DNA of 64,000 nucleotides from an uncultured Acidobacteriota bacterium (GCA_963805975.1 CAWDVR010000001.1:1184001-1248000); one strand, 5' to 3'; shown: positions 1-9,874, counted from the first letter of the stretch. A program made the numbers and translations. The notes: generated from the sequence alone by a model not told the origin.

Positions 1-2
1 CG

Positions 3-1439
3 TGGTGCATCTCGCGCCAGCTCTGGTGGGGGCATCGCATCCCGGCCTGGTACACCGCCGACGGCCGCTGCTTCGTGGCGCGGACCGAGGCCGAGGCGGC
101 GGAGGCGGCCGGCACCACCGAGATCACGCAGGACCCGGACGTGCTCGACACCTGGTTCTCCTCGGCTCTGTGGCCGTTCTCGACCCTGGGCTGGCCGCGG
201 GAGACCGAGGACCTGAAGACTTTCTATCCGACGGACGTGCTGGTGACCGGCTCCGACATCCTCTTCTTCTGGGTCGCCCGCATGGTGATGACCGGGCTCG
301 AGTTCACCGGCACGGTGCCGTTCTCGACCGTCCACCTGACGACCCTGGTGCGCGACGCCCAGGGCCAGAAGATGTCGAAGACCAAGGGCAATGCGGTCGA
401 CCCGGTCGATTTGATCGACGACTACGGCGCCGACGCCATGCGCTTCTATCTCACCTCGCAGGACACGCCGGGGCGCGACATCCTGCTCAATGCCGACCAG
501 CTCGCGGGCTACCGGGCCTTCGGCAACAAGATCTGGAACGCCACCCGCTATGCCCTGTCGCGGGTCGGCGAGGCGCAGGTGGCGCCCGAGCTCGACGCGC
601 GCGAGCTGGCGGAGCCGGAGCGCTGGATCCTCTCGCGCCTGTCCGCTACCGCGGCGGAGGTCAACGAGCGCTTCGCCACCTTCCGCCTCGACGAGGCGAC
701 CGGCCGGCTCTACCAGTTCTTCTGGCACGAGTTCTGTGACTGGTATCTCGAGCTGACCAAGCCCGCGCTCTCCGGCGAGGCGCCGCGGCCACGGGTGGGA
801 GAGGTGGTCTTGACGGTGCTCGACCGGAGCCTCCGCCTGCTGCACCCGGTGATGCCGTTCCTGACCGAGGAGCTGTGGCAGAAGCTCCCCGGCCACGAGG
901 CGATCCATCCACAGACCATCGTGCTGGCGCCCTACCCGCAGCGCGAGGCAGGCTGGGACGACGCGGCCGTCGAACAGCAGATGGACGTCGTGCTCGCGGT
1001 CATCACCCGCGTGCGCGCCATGCGGGCCGAGCTCGGCATCCCGCCCTCCGAGAAGGTGGACCTCTACCTGGCGAGCGAGGATGCCGGCCTCGCCTCGCTC
1101 CTCGCCGGGCAGGGACCGCTCCTGTCCTTCCTCTGCCGGCTGCGGGCGGTCCAGGAGGGCGAGGCGCCGGCCGCGGCGAGCCGTGATCTGGTCTCCGGCG
1201 TGCGGCTGGGCCTCCTCGCCGAGGGCCGGGACCTCGCAGCCGAGGAGCGGCAGCGCCTGGCGAGCGAGCTCGCCAAGGTCGAGGAGGAGATGGCGCGCAC
1301 CGAGAGCAAGCTCGCCAACGAGCAGTTCGTGAGCCGCGCGCCGGCACAGGTGGTCGAGGGCGTTCGCCAGCGCCTCGCGGAGCTCGCCGAGCGCAAGGCC
1401 AGCCTGGAGACCGGGCTCGCGGCGGTCGGCGGAGCGTAG
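3..1439 (+). CDS. valS: Valyl-tRNA synthetase, 5'-truncated by window edge
   Basis: Frame open from base 3: [31 protein letters not shown] motif, C-terminal coiled-coil arm. Confidence 0.98.
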   Translation, partial: WCISRQLWWGHRIPAWYTADGRCFVARTEAEAAEAAGTTEITQDPDVLDTWFSSALWPFSTLGWPRETEDLKTFYPTDVLVTGSDILFFWVARMVMTGLEFTGTVPFSTVHLTTLVRDAQGQKMSKTKGNAVDPVDLIDDYGADAMRFYLTSQDTPGRDILLNADQLAGYRAFGNKIWNATRYALSRVGEAQVAPELDARELAEPERWILSRLSATAAEVNERFATFRLDEATGRLYQFFWHEFCDWYLELTKPALSGEAPRPRVGEVVLTVLDRSLRLLHPVMPFLTEELWQKLPGHEAIHPQTIVLAPYPQREAGWDDAAVEQQMDVVLAVITRVRAMRAELGIPPSEKVDLYLASEDAGLASLLAGQGPLLSFLCRLRAVQEGEAPAAASRDLVSGVRLGLLAEGRDLAAEERQRLASELAKVEEEMARTESKLANEQFVSRAPAQVVEGVRQRLAELAERKASLETGLAAVGGA

Positions 1440-1487
1440 GGCGTCCCACTCCGCCGCGCGGTAAGGGTAGGATTCCGCGCCTCTGCC

Positions 1488-2309
1488 ATGAAGCCCGCCG
1501 ACACCTTGCGCCCCACGACGTTCGAGGATTTCGCCTCTGCGCTGGGCTCTGCGCTCGGCCACGAGAGCGGCAATTTCGTCGGGCTCGCCACGGTGGGCTC
1601 CACCAATGCGCTCGGCCGGCGGCTGGCGCAGGAGTACCTGGGAGAAGAGAGGCGGGTGCCGCGGACCGTGCTGGTCGCCTGGGAGCAGACGGCCGGGCGC
1701 GGGCGGCGCGGCAACCAGTGGCAGAGCCCCACGGGCCAGGGCGTCTACGCCACGCTGGTGATGGGGCTCGCGGACAGCGAGGAGGTCCAGCGCCTGCCGC
1801 TGGTGGTGGGCGTCGCGCTCTGCGAGGCGCTGAACCGGCTCCTGCCCGGTGGCCCCTGCCGCCTCAAGTGGCCGAACGACCTGATGGTGCGAGGAGAGAA
1901 GATCGGCGGCCTGCTGATCGAGGTCGTCGCCGGCGACGAGGGCGCCGGGGCCGCCGTGATCGGCTTCGGGATCAATTTCGGCCAGCAGGTGGACGGGGGC
2001 CCGAGCACCAGTGTCTCCGTCCCGGGCGCCACCTCGATCCTGGCCCATGCTCCGGCGGCTCCCGACCTGGCCGCGGTGGCGGCGGCGGCGATCCTCGCGC
2101 TCCTCGCGGCGGTGAGCGCACCGAGCGAGGACGTGGGAGAGCGCTACGCCACGCTCTCGCTCCACCAGCCGGGGGACGCCATCGCCTTCCGCCTCGGTGA
2201 GGAGCGCATTACGGGCCTCTTCCGCGGCTTCGACGAACGGGGCTTCCTGCGCCTGGAGCAGGACGGAGCACTTCGCGTGCTGTCGTCCGGGGAGGTGATC
2301 GAGCCATGA
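1488..2309 (+). CDS. birA: Biotin-protein ligase (no HTH domain)
   Basis: STN, QTAGRGRRGNQW, LKWPND, KIGGLL motifs. Confidence 0.93.
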   Translation: MKPADTLRPTTFEDFASALGSALGHESGNFVGLATVGSTNALGRRLAQEYLGEERRVPRTVLVAWEQTAGRGRRGNQWQSPTGQGVYATLVMGLADSEEVQRLPLVVGVALCEALNRLLPGGPCRLKWPNDLMVRGEKIGGLLIEVVAGDEGAGAAVIGFGINFGQQVDGGPSTSVSVPGATSILAHAPAAPDLAAVAAAAILALLAAVSAPSEDVGERYATLSLHQPGDAIAFRLGEERITGLFRGFDERGFLRLEQDGALRVLSSGEVIEP

Positions 2310-3121
2310 GCGCTCCCACGAGCACCAGGGCGACCACCAGGGCCGAGCTGCTGATCGTGGTCGACGTGGGCAACACCAACACCGTGTTCGGCGTCTACCG
2401 CGGCGACGACCTGGCCGAGAGCTTCCGCCTCTCGACCGAGCGCGAGCGCACGGCGGACGAGTACGGTGCGCTGCTGCTGCCGCTCTTCGCGCGCGCGGAC
2501 CTGCCCATGGACGGCGCCGACGGGGTCGTCATCTCCTCGGTGGTGCCGCCCCTCCACCCGACCCTCGAGCGCCTCTCGCGGCGCTTCTTCAACCGGCCGC
2601 CGCTGTTCATCGAGCCCGGCGTCAAGACCGGCATGCCGATCCGCTACGACAACCCCGCCGAGGTCGGCGCGGACCGCATCGTCAACGCTCTCGCGGCGCG
2701 GGAGCGCTACGGCGCGCCGGTGGTGGTGGTGGACTTCGGCACCGCCACCACCTTCGACGTGGTGAACGCCGCCGGCGAGTACGCGGGCGGCATCATCGCG
2801 CCCGGCATCTCGATCTCGGCCGAGGCCCTGTTCGCCCATGCCTCGCGCCTCTACAGGGTGGACCTGCGCCGCCCCTCCGAGCTGGTGGGGAGCAACACCG
2901 TGGCCGCCATGCAGGCCGGGATCTACTACGGCTATCTAGGCCTGGTGGACGGCATTCTCGAGCGGCTGCTCGGCGAGGTCGCCGGCGTCAAGCAGGTGAT
3001 CGCCACCGGCGGCCAGGCCGACCTCATCGCCGCCGACTCGCGCTTCATCCAGCGCGTGGACCGGGACCTGACCCTGGTGGGCCTGAAGCTGATCTATGAG
3101 CGGAACCGACCTCGAGGCTGA
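2306..3121 (+). CDS. coaX: Type III pantothenate kinase
   Basis: VDVGNTN, GADR, VDFGTATT, GGIIAPG motifs; ATGA overlap with birA. Confidence 0.96.
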   Translation: MSAPTSTRATTRAELLIVVDVGNTNTVFGVYRGDDLAESFRLSTERERTADEYGALLLPLFARADLPMDGADGVVISSVVPPLHPTLERLSRRFFNRPPLFIEPGVKTGMPIRYDNPAEVGADRIVNALAARERYGAPVVVVDFGTATTFDVVNAAGEYAGGIIAPGISISAEALFAHASRLYRVDLRRPSELVGSNTVAAMQAGIYYGYLGLVDGILERLLGEVAGVKQVIATGGQADLIAADSRFIQRVDRDLTLVGLKLIYERNRPRG

Positions 3122-3767
3122 CGAGGCTCAAACGTACTTCCAGGCGATCGAAGCGGCCTTCGTGCGCCTGCGCGGCGCGCCCCTCCTGCTGTCGCCCACC
3201 GACTGGCAGGTCGCCCGCCGCTGGTTCGAGCAGGGAGTGCCGCTCGACCTGGTCGTGCGCGCGCTGGAGGAGGTCTTCGCCAAGCGCCGCGAGCGCGGCG
3301 CCAAGGGGAGGATCTCGAGCCTGCGCTACTGCGCGCCCGCGGTCGAGCAGGCGTGGGAAGAGATCGCCTCGCTCACCGCCGCCGGCCGGGTGGCGAAGCC
3401 CGAGCCGATCGACCTCGCCGCCCGTCTCGCGGCGCTCGCCCGCGCCCTGCCGGGCGAGCTGACGGAACGCGAAGCCTGGGCCCAGCAAGTAGGCGCTCTG
3501 GCAGGCACCGCCGAGGAAGTGGAGAAGCGCCTGGCCCAGATCGACGGCGCGATCCTCGATCGGCTGGCAGCGGGCATGGACGAGGCGGAAAGGGAGACAG
3601 CAGAGAAGGAGGTCTACGGCTCCCTCGCCAAGCTCGCCCCTCGCCTGCCGCGCGAAGAGCTGGAACAGGCCCGTGCCCAGCTCCTGCGCCAGCACCTGCG
3701 CCGCAGCCATCGCCTGCCGCTGCTGTCTCTCTTCGCTCCCGAGGCGGAGCCACCCTCCGAGCCCTGA
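3096..3767 (+). CDS. Hypothetical protein with DnaD-domain-like N-terminus
   Basis: Overlaps coaX end, GC3-rich codons; LSPxDW...SLRYCxxAVxxAW pattern. Confidence 0.7.
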   Translation: MSGTDLEADEAQTYFQAIEAAFVRLRGAPLLLSPTDWQVARRWFEQGVPLDLVVRALEEVFAKRRERGAKGRISSLRYCAPAVEQAWEEIASLTAAGRVAKPEPIDLAARLAALARALPGELTEREAWAQQVGALAGTAEEVEKRLAQIDGAILDRLAAGMDEAERETAEKEVYGSLAKLAPRLPREELEQARAQLLRQHLRRSHRLPLLSLFAPEAEPPSEP

Positions 3768-3798
3768 CCCAGGACCCAGCGCGTCCGGCCTGGGGCCC

Positions 3799-4767
3799 TC
3801 AGAGCAGGGCATCGGCGAGCTGTTGGCTCGCGACCTCTTGCCACAGCCTCGCCAGGTCCTCCGGCACCGGCGCCTCGAAGGCAAGCTCGTGGCCGTCGAC
3901 GGGATGGGAGAAGGCGAGCTTCCAGGCGTGGAGAGCGGGGCGAGGAAAATCCCGGAGCGCTTTCTGGACCGGCCTGGGGCAGCCCTTCCAGCGCGCCTCG
4001 CCGTACAGCGGGTCGCCCACCAGCGGATGGGCGATCGACTTCAGGTGCACGCGGATCTGGTGCGTGCGGCCGGTACCGAGGTTCACCTCCAGCAGGCTCG
4101 CACCGCTCGCCACGGCGAGGCGCCGCCAGGTGGTGAGCGCGGGCCGGCCGGCCTTGCGCACCGCCATCTCCTTGCGCCGGGTGGGATGGCGGCCGATCGG
4201 TGTCTCGATGCGGCCGGACGCTTCCCGCGTCTCCCCGTAGACCACGGCCAGGTATCTCTTGGCCACCCGGCGCTCGGCAAAGGCGGTGGCCAGCCGCTGG
4301 TAGGCAGCCGCCGTGCGGGCGACCACCATCACGCCGCTGGTGCCGAGATCGAGGCGATGGACGATCCCCGGCCGGCCCGGACCGCCGACGCCTGCCATCT
4401 CGGGATAGCGGGAGAGGAGCCGGTGGACGAGCGTGCCCGTGGCGCGGCCGGCCCCGGGATGGACGCTGAGGCCCGCCGGCTTGTCCAGCGCCACCAGGTG
4501 CTCGTCTTCGAACAGGATCCCCAGCTCGCCGGGCTCGGCGGTCACGCGCTCGTCGGTGGCGGGCGCCGGCAGCTCGACCCGGACGAGGGCGCCGCTCGAG
4601 AGCGCCGTGGCGGCGCGGGCGGGTTTGCCGTCGATCTCGACCCGGCTCTCGCGGAGCCAGCGCTGGACCTGGTTGCGGGGCAGGCCGAAATGCTCGGCCA
4701 GATGGCGGTCGCAGCGCTCGCCGGCCGCCTCGGGGGGAACGTGCCAGGACTCGAAGTGTGGGCTCAC
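3799..4767 (-). CDS. rluD: RluA/RluD family 23S rRNA pseudouridine synthase
   Basis: S4-like N-terminus, DKPAG, GIVHRLD, TGRTHQIRVH; GTG start overlaps lspA stop (GTGA). Confidence 0.93.
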   Translation of the reverse strand: MSPHFESWHVPPEAAGERCDRHLAEHFGLPRNQVQRWLRESRVEIDGKPARAATALSSGALVRVELPAPATDERVTAEPGELGILFEDEHLVALDKPAGLSVHPGAGRATGTLVHRLLSRYPEMAGVGGPGRPGIVHRLDLGTSGVMVVARTAAAYQRLATAFAERRVAKRYLAVVYGETREASGRIETPIGRHPTRRKEMAVRKAGRPALTTWRRLAVASGASLLEVNLGTGRTHQIRVHLKSIAHPLVGDPLYGEARWKGCPRPVQKALRDFPRPALHAWKLAFSHPVDGHELAFEAPVPEDLARLWQEVASQQLADALL

Positions 4768-5408
4768 TCGCCGGGAGCGCTGCCTTCGGGCCTCGGGATA
4801 TGGGTCCTCGAGATCTCGGGCCCCCGAAGGTCTGCCGGCGGCGCGGCCTCGATCGCCGCCGGGGCCGGCCGGCGGTAGGAGCGCAGAGTGTCGAGGACGA
4901 TCAGCGCGATGCCCACCGAGATGCCGCTGTCCGCGACGTTGAAGGTGTGCCAGTGATAGCTCTTGAAATAGACGTCGATGAAGTCGGTCACCGCGCCGGT
5001 CGCGATACGGTCGATGAGGTTGCCCACCGCCCCGCCAAGCACCAGCGCCAGCGCCGTCTGCAGTAGCCGGTTCTCCTTCGGGACTTGGCGGAAGTAAAGC
5101 CCCACGAGGCCAAGGGCGAGCAGGCCCAGGGCGGTCAGGATCCAGGTGGCGCCCTCGCGACCGGCGTCGGCGAAGAGGCCGAAGGCAACGCCCGTGTTCT
5201 TGACGTGGGTCAGGTTGAGAAAGCCGGGGATCACCGGCTGCGCCAGATGCTCGGGCAGGTGGAGGTTCACCATCCACTTGCTCCACTGGTCGAGGGCGAG
5301 AACGGCGAGCGAAAGGACCAGGAAGCGCGACTTGCCCGCGAATCCGGGCTCGTCGAGCTCAGGGGCCGGGCTCGCGGCCGGGAGAGGGGCGGGGGGCGGA
5401 GGAATCAT
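4764..5408 (-). CDS. lspA: Lipoprotein signal peptidase II
   Basis: DQWSK, NTGVAFG, GGAVGNLIDR, VTDFI, FNVAD; ATGA overlap with thiE. Confidence 0.96.
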   Translation of the reverse strand: MIPPPPAPLPAASPAPELDEPGFAGKSRFLVLSLAVLALDQWSKWMVNLHLPEHLAQPVIPGFLNLTHVKNTGVAFGLFADAGREGATWILTALGLLALGLVGLYFRQVPKENRLLQTALALVLGGAVGNLIDRIATGAVTDFIDVYFKSYHWHTFNVADSGISVGIALIVLDTLRSYRRPAPAAIEAAPPADLRGPEISRTHIPRPEGSAPGE

Positions 5409-6046
5409 CGGGTGTTTTCCTGCAGCTCTCTCGCGGTGGCCGCTCCGAAGCAGCGCGTCGCGGCGTTCATCAGCTCGGCCAGCCCTTCCGGCCGCTCGAA
5501 GGCGCGGATGGCGGCAAAGCCGCGAGCGCCGGCGCCGGCGATCTCCGGCAGGCGGTGGAGTGTAACTCCTCCCAGCGCCAACACGGGAATTCCCCGGCCG
5601 CAAGCCTCGGTCAGGGCCGGCATTCCCCGAGCGGGGCCGAACGCGGCCTTCGAGGGGGTGTCGTAGACCGGTCCGAAGGTCACGTAGTCGGCGCCCTCGC
5701 GGGCCGCAGCCTCGACTTCCGCCGGATGGTGGCTCGAACGTCCCAGGAGGAGCCGGCCCCAGTGCCGCCGCAGCGGGGCTAGTGGCAAGCCGAGCGCGGG
5801 CAGATGCACTCCGTCGGCACCGGCGGCGAGCGCCAGATCCGGTCGGCCCGAAACCAGGAGCAGGGTGGAGGAGCCCAGCAGCCGCCGCGCTTCGACCAGC
5901 AGCGAGATGAGCTCGCCGTCCGCAAGGTCTTTCTCGCGAATGAGCACCGCCGGCACCCGGGCCTCGGCCAGCGAGCGGAGCCAGGGCCCGAGATCTTCGC
6001 CCGGATGCCGCCGGCGGTCACTGATGGCGAGCGCGCTAGCCGGCAC
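5405..6046 (-). CDS. thiE: Thiamine-phosphate synthase / TenI family
   Basis: REKD, ADGVHL, DYVTFGPVYDTPSK, ALGGV; the canonical QxRxK and ND motifs are altered, so it may be TenI-like; GTG start inferred. Confidence 0.75.
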   Translation of the reverse strand: MPASALAISDRRRHPGEDLGPWLRSLAEARVPAVLIREKDLADGELISLLVEARRLLGSSTLLLVSGRPDLALAAGADGVHLPALGLPLAPLRRHWGRLLLGRSSHHPAEVEAAAREGADYVTFGPVYDTPSKAAFGPARGMPALTEACGRGIPVLALGGVTLHRLPEIAGAGARGFAAIRAFERPEGLAELMNAATRCFGAATARELQENTR

Positions 6047-6317
6047 GGTCCGCCTGCTCCGCCTCCGCCATCGCTCGCGCCCGGCGCGAGAGCAGGAGCT
6101 GCTCCAGGTCGTGCGCGCCCCACAGCAGGTGGACCAGCCCGAAGCCGGTGATGCCGCCACGAAACGCGGGATGGAAAAGCAGGGCGTGCGCGCGCGCTAC
6201 CGGCAGATGCATCCACACCTGATCCCAGTTGGCACTCCACGGCGCAAACAGGAGGAAGGCTCCAACTTCGAGGCAGTAGACGATGAAGAGCACCCGGGAG
6301 GCGGTCGGCCAGCGCAT
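6036..6317 (-). CDS. Small two-TM membrane protein
   Basis: Two hydrophobic segments; heads the thiE-lspA-rluD run; TACAAT 9 nt upstream. Confidence 0.7.
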   Translation of the reverse strand: MRWPTASRVLFIVYCLEVGAFLLFAPWSANWDQVWMHLPVARAHALLFHPAFRGGITGFGLVHLLWGAHDLEQLLLSRRARAMAEAEQADRAG

Positions 6318-6362
6318 GGGCTGCCGATTGTAGCTTGCAGGGCACGACCGCTCGGAGAAGGG

Positions 6363-6399
6363 AAAAGCCCGGAGGCACGGAAGACCCGCGCCTCCGGGG
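6363..6399 (-). terminator. Intrinsic terminator after FecR/DUF6600-like gene
   Basis: Minus strand CCCGGAGGCGCGG-gtctt-CCGTGCCTCCGGG followed by CTTTT. Confidence 0.75.
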
Positions 6400-6404
6400 C
6401 GAGC

Positions 6405-8747
6405 TCAACTAGAACCGGCCGCTGCTACACCGGCGGGCGGCCGCGGGTCGCCTTGCGCTCGCCGGAGCCGCCCTTGTCGCCTTCCTGCTTCGGCGACTCC
6501 GCCGGGCGGGCCGGAGCCGAACGAGGCGCGGGCGGGGCCTGCCGCACCGAAGGGGCCGGCTGGCTGCGCGGAGCGGGCGGCTGGGCCGGCCGCTCCGCAG
6601 GGCGCCGGCTGCCGGCGCGGCGCCGGTGCGCTCACGCTGGGCCGCGGCTCAACCGGTCGGATGGCCGTGCCTTGGCCACGGCGCTCCGTGCCTGGGTCGA
6701 CCTGGCGCGGCTGGGGCCGGTAGGCTGGCTGCGTTGCCTGCGGGCGGACCGACGGCTCCGGCCGGGCGGCGGGCCGCCGCTCGATCACCGTGCCCGGACC
6801 GCTCGACTCCCGGGGCTTGACCTCCACGGGCCTTACCACCGGATCGCGGGCCGGACCGCGGGCGCGAACCGTGCCACCGCTGCCAGCAGCCGTGGGGGCT
6901 TCACCGCGCGGTAGCACCACCGGGGCCGCCGGACGGCGCTCGAGCCGCACGCCCGGCTGCGGGTTTCCCTCGGCCGGCTTGGTCTCGACTGGCCGTGCCG
7001 GCCTGGCGGCAGGACGGCGCTCCATGCTCGGGCCGGGAGCTGGCTTGATGGTGGTTTCCTCGCGCCAGTCTTGCGGCCGGGCCGCGGGACGCCGTTGGAC
7101 GGCGATCCCGCCCTCCGGCTTGCCGCTTTCGCGCCAGTCGGCCGGTTCCTTCGGCTTGGTGGCGAGCACTCGCGGGCCACTGCCCGACACCGGTGCCCTG
7201 CCGACCTCGCCGGCCGGGCCCGAGGGCCGCGCAGTCCGTACCGGGCGCCGTTCGAGCTCGGGCTTCTCGCCGCCGGCCACGGCCGCGGTCCGCAGCGGGG
7301 TGGCGCGGACACGCTCCGCGGGCTTGTTCGCCGTCACTTGGCGAGCCACCTCGGGCGGCAGCTCGCCCCGCGCCACGAACGGGGTCACGTCCGGCAGATC
7401 GGCGCCGCCACGACCGGGCCGCGTGCGCAGCACCCGCACCGCACCCTCGGGCTTGGCGAGCACGTCCGGGGTGATGCCGCGGGTGTCGGTGGTGATGATG
7501 CCGCGCCCCAGGCGCTGGCCGCCCATCTCCCGCTCGAGGGCGTACGAGGGGCGTACCCAACGCGCCTGGCCGTGGTGGTCACGGAGGCGGTTGGTGGGCA
7601 GGAAGTTCCAATGCGCGAACGAGCCCCACTCGCCGCCGGCCCAACCGTAGACGCCGAAACGCAGGCCGGAGCGGTAGTGCCGGTCGTAGTGGTTGGAGTA
7701 GTAGCCGACCGGGCACCAGCCCACGTGGGTCGGGGTCCAGTACCAATAGACCCAGGCGGGCGAGTACACGCGGCCCGGGTACCACACCCAGCCATGGTGG
7801 GGTGCATAGTCCCAGGTGCCGTAGTGATAGGGCACCCAACCCCAGGTCTCGGAGGAGACCCAGGTGTAGCCGCTCGGCGTGTAACGCCAGTTCCCGGCGG
7901 AGTAGGGGCGCCAGTCCGTGGCGACCCGGGGCCGCCAGGCACGGCGGTTCTCGACCTCGACCCAGGAGCCGTAACGGTCGAGGCTCGAGGCGGAGTAGCG
8001 GAGCGAATCGTCGACGTAGTCGTAGTCGGCCTGGCTCGCCTCCTGCTCGAGCTCGCGGCCCCAACGCTCGAGGGTGGAGAGCTGCGGCGCCGCATCCAGC
8101 TCGGCCCGCGGATACTCGTCGCCGTCGACGGTGGCCATCTCGTTCTCGCGCACCAGGACCGAGCCGCGCGGCGTCAGCACCTCGGCCGCGCCGCTGCGGA
8201 CCACCAGCTCCGACCAGCCGGAGCGGTCGGCCCGCACCAGGTAGATACCGGCCTGCTGAAGGTAGAAGGTCGCGTTGTCCGTGTCGATCCGCGGCGGCTC
8301 GTTGCCCAGCCACCGTTCGTCGACCACGATCTGGAGGGTGCCCGAGAGCAGGCGCAGCCGGGTACGCTCGGCGTTCGCGTCCCGCGAAGCCGCGAGGTCT
8401 TCGAGGATGATCTCGGTGTCGCCGTCGAGCCGCAGAAGGCTCGAGTCGGAGAGCACGATCTCGGCGCGGCCGCCGCGAGAGACCTGGAAGCGATCGCCGG
8501 CCAGGAGGGGCTGGTTGATCGAGGCTTCCTCGCGCTCACCAGAATCCCCCTGCGTGAGAGCGGCGGAGCCGTCGATCTCCCGCACGTAGCTGTAGCTTTG
8601 GTTGTCGTCGTAGTCGGAAGCGTCGTATTCGGGCTCGTAAGCGGCCCGTGCCGAGAAGGGAAGGGCGAAGGAAGCGGCGGCGAAGCCAAGCGCCAGAATG
8701 GGGTTCCACCACCGGGCGGTGCGCAGGGCATTCGAAGCTGATTTCAC
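6405..8747 (-). CDS. Secreted FecR-domain + DUF6600-like (W/Y/P-rich) protein with long Pro/Arg tail; probable late frameshift
   Basis: Signal peptide, FecR-like beta domain, LDRYGSW..WRPYSAGNW..WGWVPYHYGTW; AGGAG RBS before GTG. Confidence 0.85.
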   Translation of the reverse strand: MKSASNALRTARWWNPILALGFAAASFALPFSARAAYEPEYDASDYDDNQSYSYVREIDGSAALTQGDSGEREEASINQPLLAGDRFQVSRGGRAEIVLSDSSLLRLDGDTEIILEDLAASRDANAERTRLRLLSGTLQIVVDERWLGNEPPRIDTDNATFYLQQAGIYLVRADRSGWSELVVRSGAAEVLTPRGSVLVRENEMATVDGDEYPRAELDAAPQLSTLERWGRELEQEASQADYDYVDDSLRYSASSLDRYGSWVEVENRRAWRPRVATDWRPYSAGNWRYTPSGYTWVSSETWGWVPYHYGTWDYAPHHGWVWYPGRVYSPAWVYWYWTPTHVGWCPVGYYSNHYDRHYRSGLRFGVYGWAGGEWGSFAHWNFLPTNRLRDHHGQARWVRPSYALEREMGGQRLGRGIITTDTRGITPDVLAKPEGAVRVLRTRPGRGGADLPDVTPFVARGELPPEVARQVTANKPAERVRATPLRTAAVAGGEKPELERRPVRTARPSGPAGEVGRAPVSGSGPRVLATKPKEPADWRESGKPEGGIAVQRRPAARPQDWREETTIKPAPGPSMERRPAARPARPVETKPAEGNPQPGVRLERRPAAPVVLPRGEAPTAAGSGGTVRARGPARDPVVRPVEVKPRESSGPGTVIERRPAARPEPSVRPQATQPAYRPQPRQVDPGTERRGQGTAIRPVEPRPSVSAPAPRRQPAPCGAAGPAARSAQPAGPFGAAGPARASFGSGPPGGVAEAGRRQGRLRRAQGDPRPPAGVAAAGSS

Positions 8748-8818
8748 GGTCGGTTCTCCTTTGGACCCTCGTCGCCGTCACGAGTGACGGAGCGACCAGG
8801 TTCTCGGCGAGGACATTC

Positions 8819-8834
8819 AGCAAGAAGCGGGCCA
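8819..8834 (-). promoter_or_regulatory. Sigma-54 -24/-12 promoter
   Basis: Minus strand TGGCCCGCTTCTTGCT (GG-N10-GC), about 70 nt upstream of the FecR/DUF6600-like gene. Confidence 0.65.
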
Positions 8835-8992
8835 GGCGCAGAAACGGCTGTCAATGGAGTGAGTTCGCTATACTAGCGCCACCAGCGCTCACCAGGCAGC
8901 GTCCACCATCGGCGCCGATCGCGTCCACGGGTTTTCTGCCTTCGCCAGCGAGAGCTGCGCCGTGCAACGTCCGGTTTGGAGGGGAGAAGACG

Positions 8993-9874
8993 GTGGCTTT
9001 CAGGCGGTTGTTCGGCGACTCCGGCCAGCAGGGGACCTCGACCCAGACCACGGTCGAGGATCTGATCGTCCTCGAGCGCTACGAAGAGGCGGCGGAGCGG
9101 CTCAAGGCCCGCCTCAAGGGCAACATGGGCGACCTCCATGCCCGCTTGAAGCTGGCAGAGGTCTACACCGCCTCGAAGCAGCACGACAAGGCGGTCGACG
9201 AGTACACCTTCGTGGCCGGCGAGTACGCCGCCGACGGCTTCTTCGACAAGGCCCTGGCGCTCCTCGCCCGGGCCAGCAGGCTCCGCCCGTTGGACGACAC
9301 GCTGCGCCGCAAGAGCGAGCTGTACGAACGCAACAAGCGCCTGGAGCACAGCCGGGTGGCGGCCCTGGAAGGCCTGCGCGGCAGCAACCAGAGCGACGGC
9401 CAGCGCCAGCGCGCGGCGCTCGAGCTGCAGCAGATCTGGCAGAATCTGGCCGGCAGCTCGCTGGTCTCCCGGCTGCCGGCCGACCAGGTGAAGCGGCTGT
9501 TCTCGGTGATGGAGCTGGTGCGGGTCGAGCGCGGAGCGGTGCTCGCCGAACGCGACAGCGGCCTGGCGCAGATGGCGCTCATCGGCCGCGGCACGGTCGA
9601 GGCCGTGGTGTCCAGACGGGGAGGCGGAGAGACGGTGGTGCGCACCTTCACGCACGGCGATCTGATCGGCGAAGGCGCTCTGCTCGAGCACCGGCCGTGG
9701 CCGGCCACCTACCGCGCGACCGAGGCCTCGATGCTCCTCACCCTGACCCGCGACAGCCTGGAGCAGGCCCTGGTCGGCAACCCGGACCCGCGCGGCTTCC
9801 TCGACGTGCTGCGCGAGCAGCACAACGACCGCTCGGTTGCGTCCGCCGTGCACCAGCTTGGTATCGTGGAGTGA
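8993..9874 (+). CDS. TPR + cyclic-nucleotide-binding domain protein
   Basis: GGAGG RBS before GTG; N-terminal TPR-like helices; C-terminal GDLIGEGALL..ATYRA cNMP fold. Confidence 0.8.
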   Translation: MAFRRLFGDSGQQGTSTQTTVEDLIVLERYEEAAERLKARLKGNMGDLHARLKLAEVYTASKQHDKAVDEYTFVAGEYAADGFFDKALALLARASRLRPLDDTLRRKSELYERNKRLEHSRVAALEGLRGSNQSDGQRQRAALELQQIWQNLAGSSLVSRLPADQVKRLFSVMELVRVERGAVLAERDSGLAQMALIGRGTVEAVVSRRGGGETVVRTFTHGDLIGEGALLEHRPWPATYRATEASMLLTLTRDSLEQALVGNPDPRGFLDVLREQHNDRSVASAVHQLGIVE

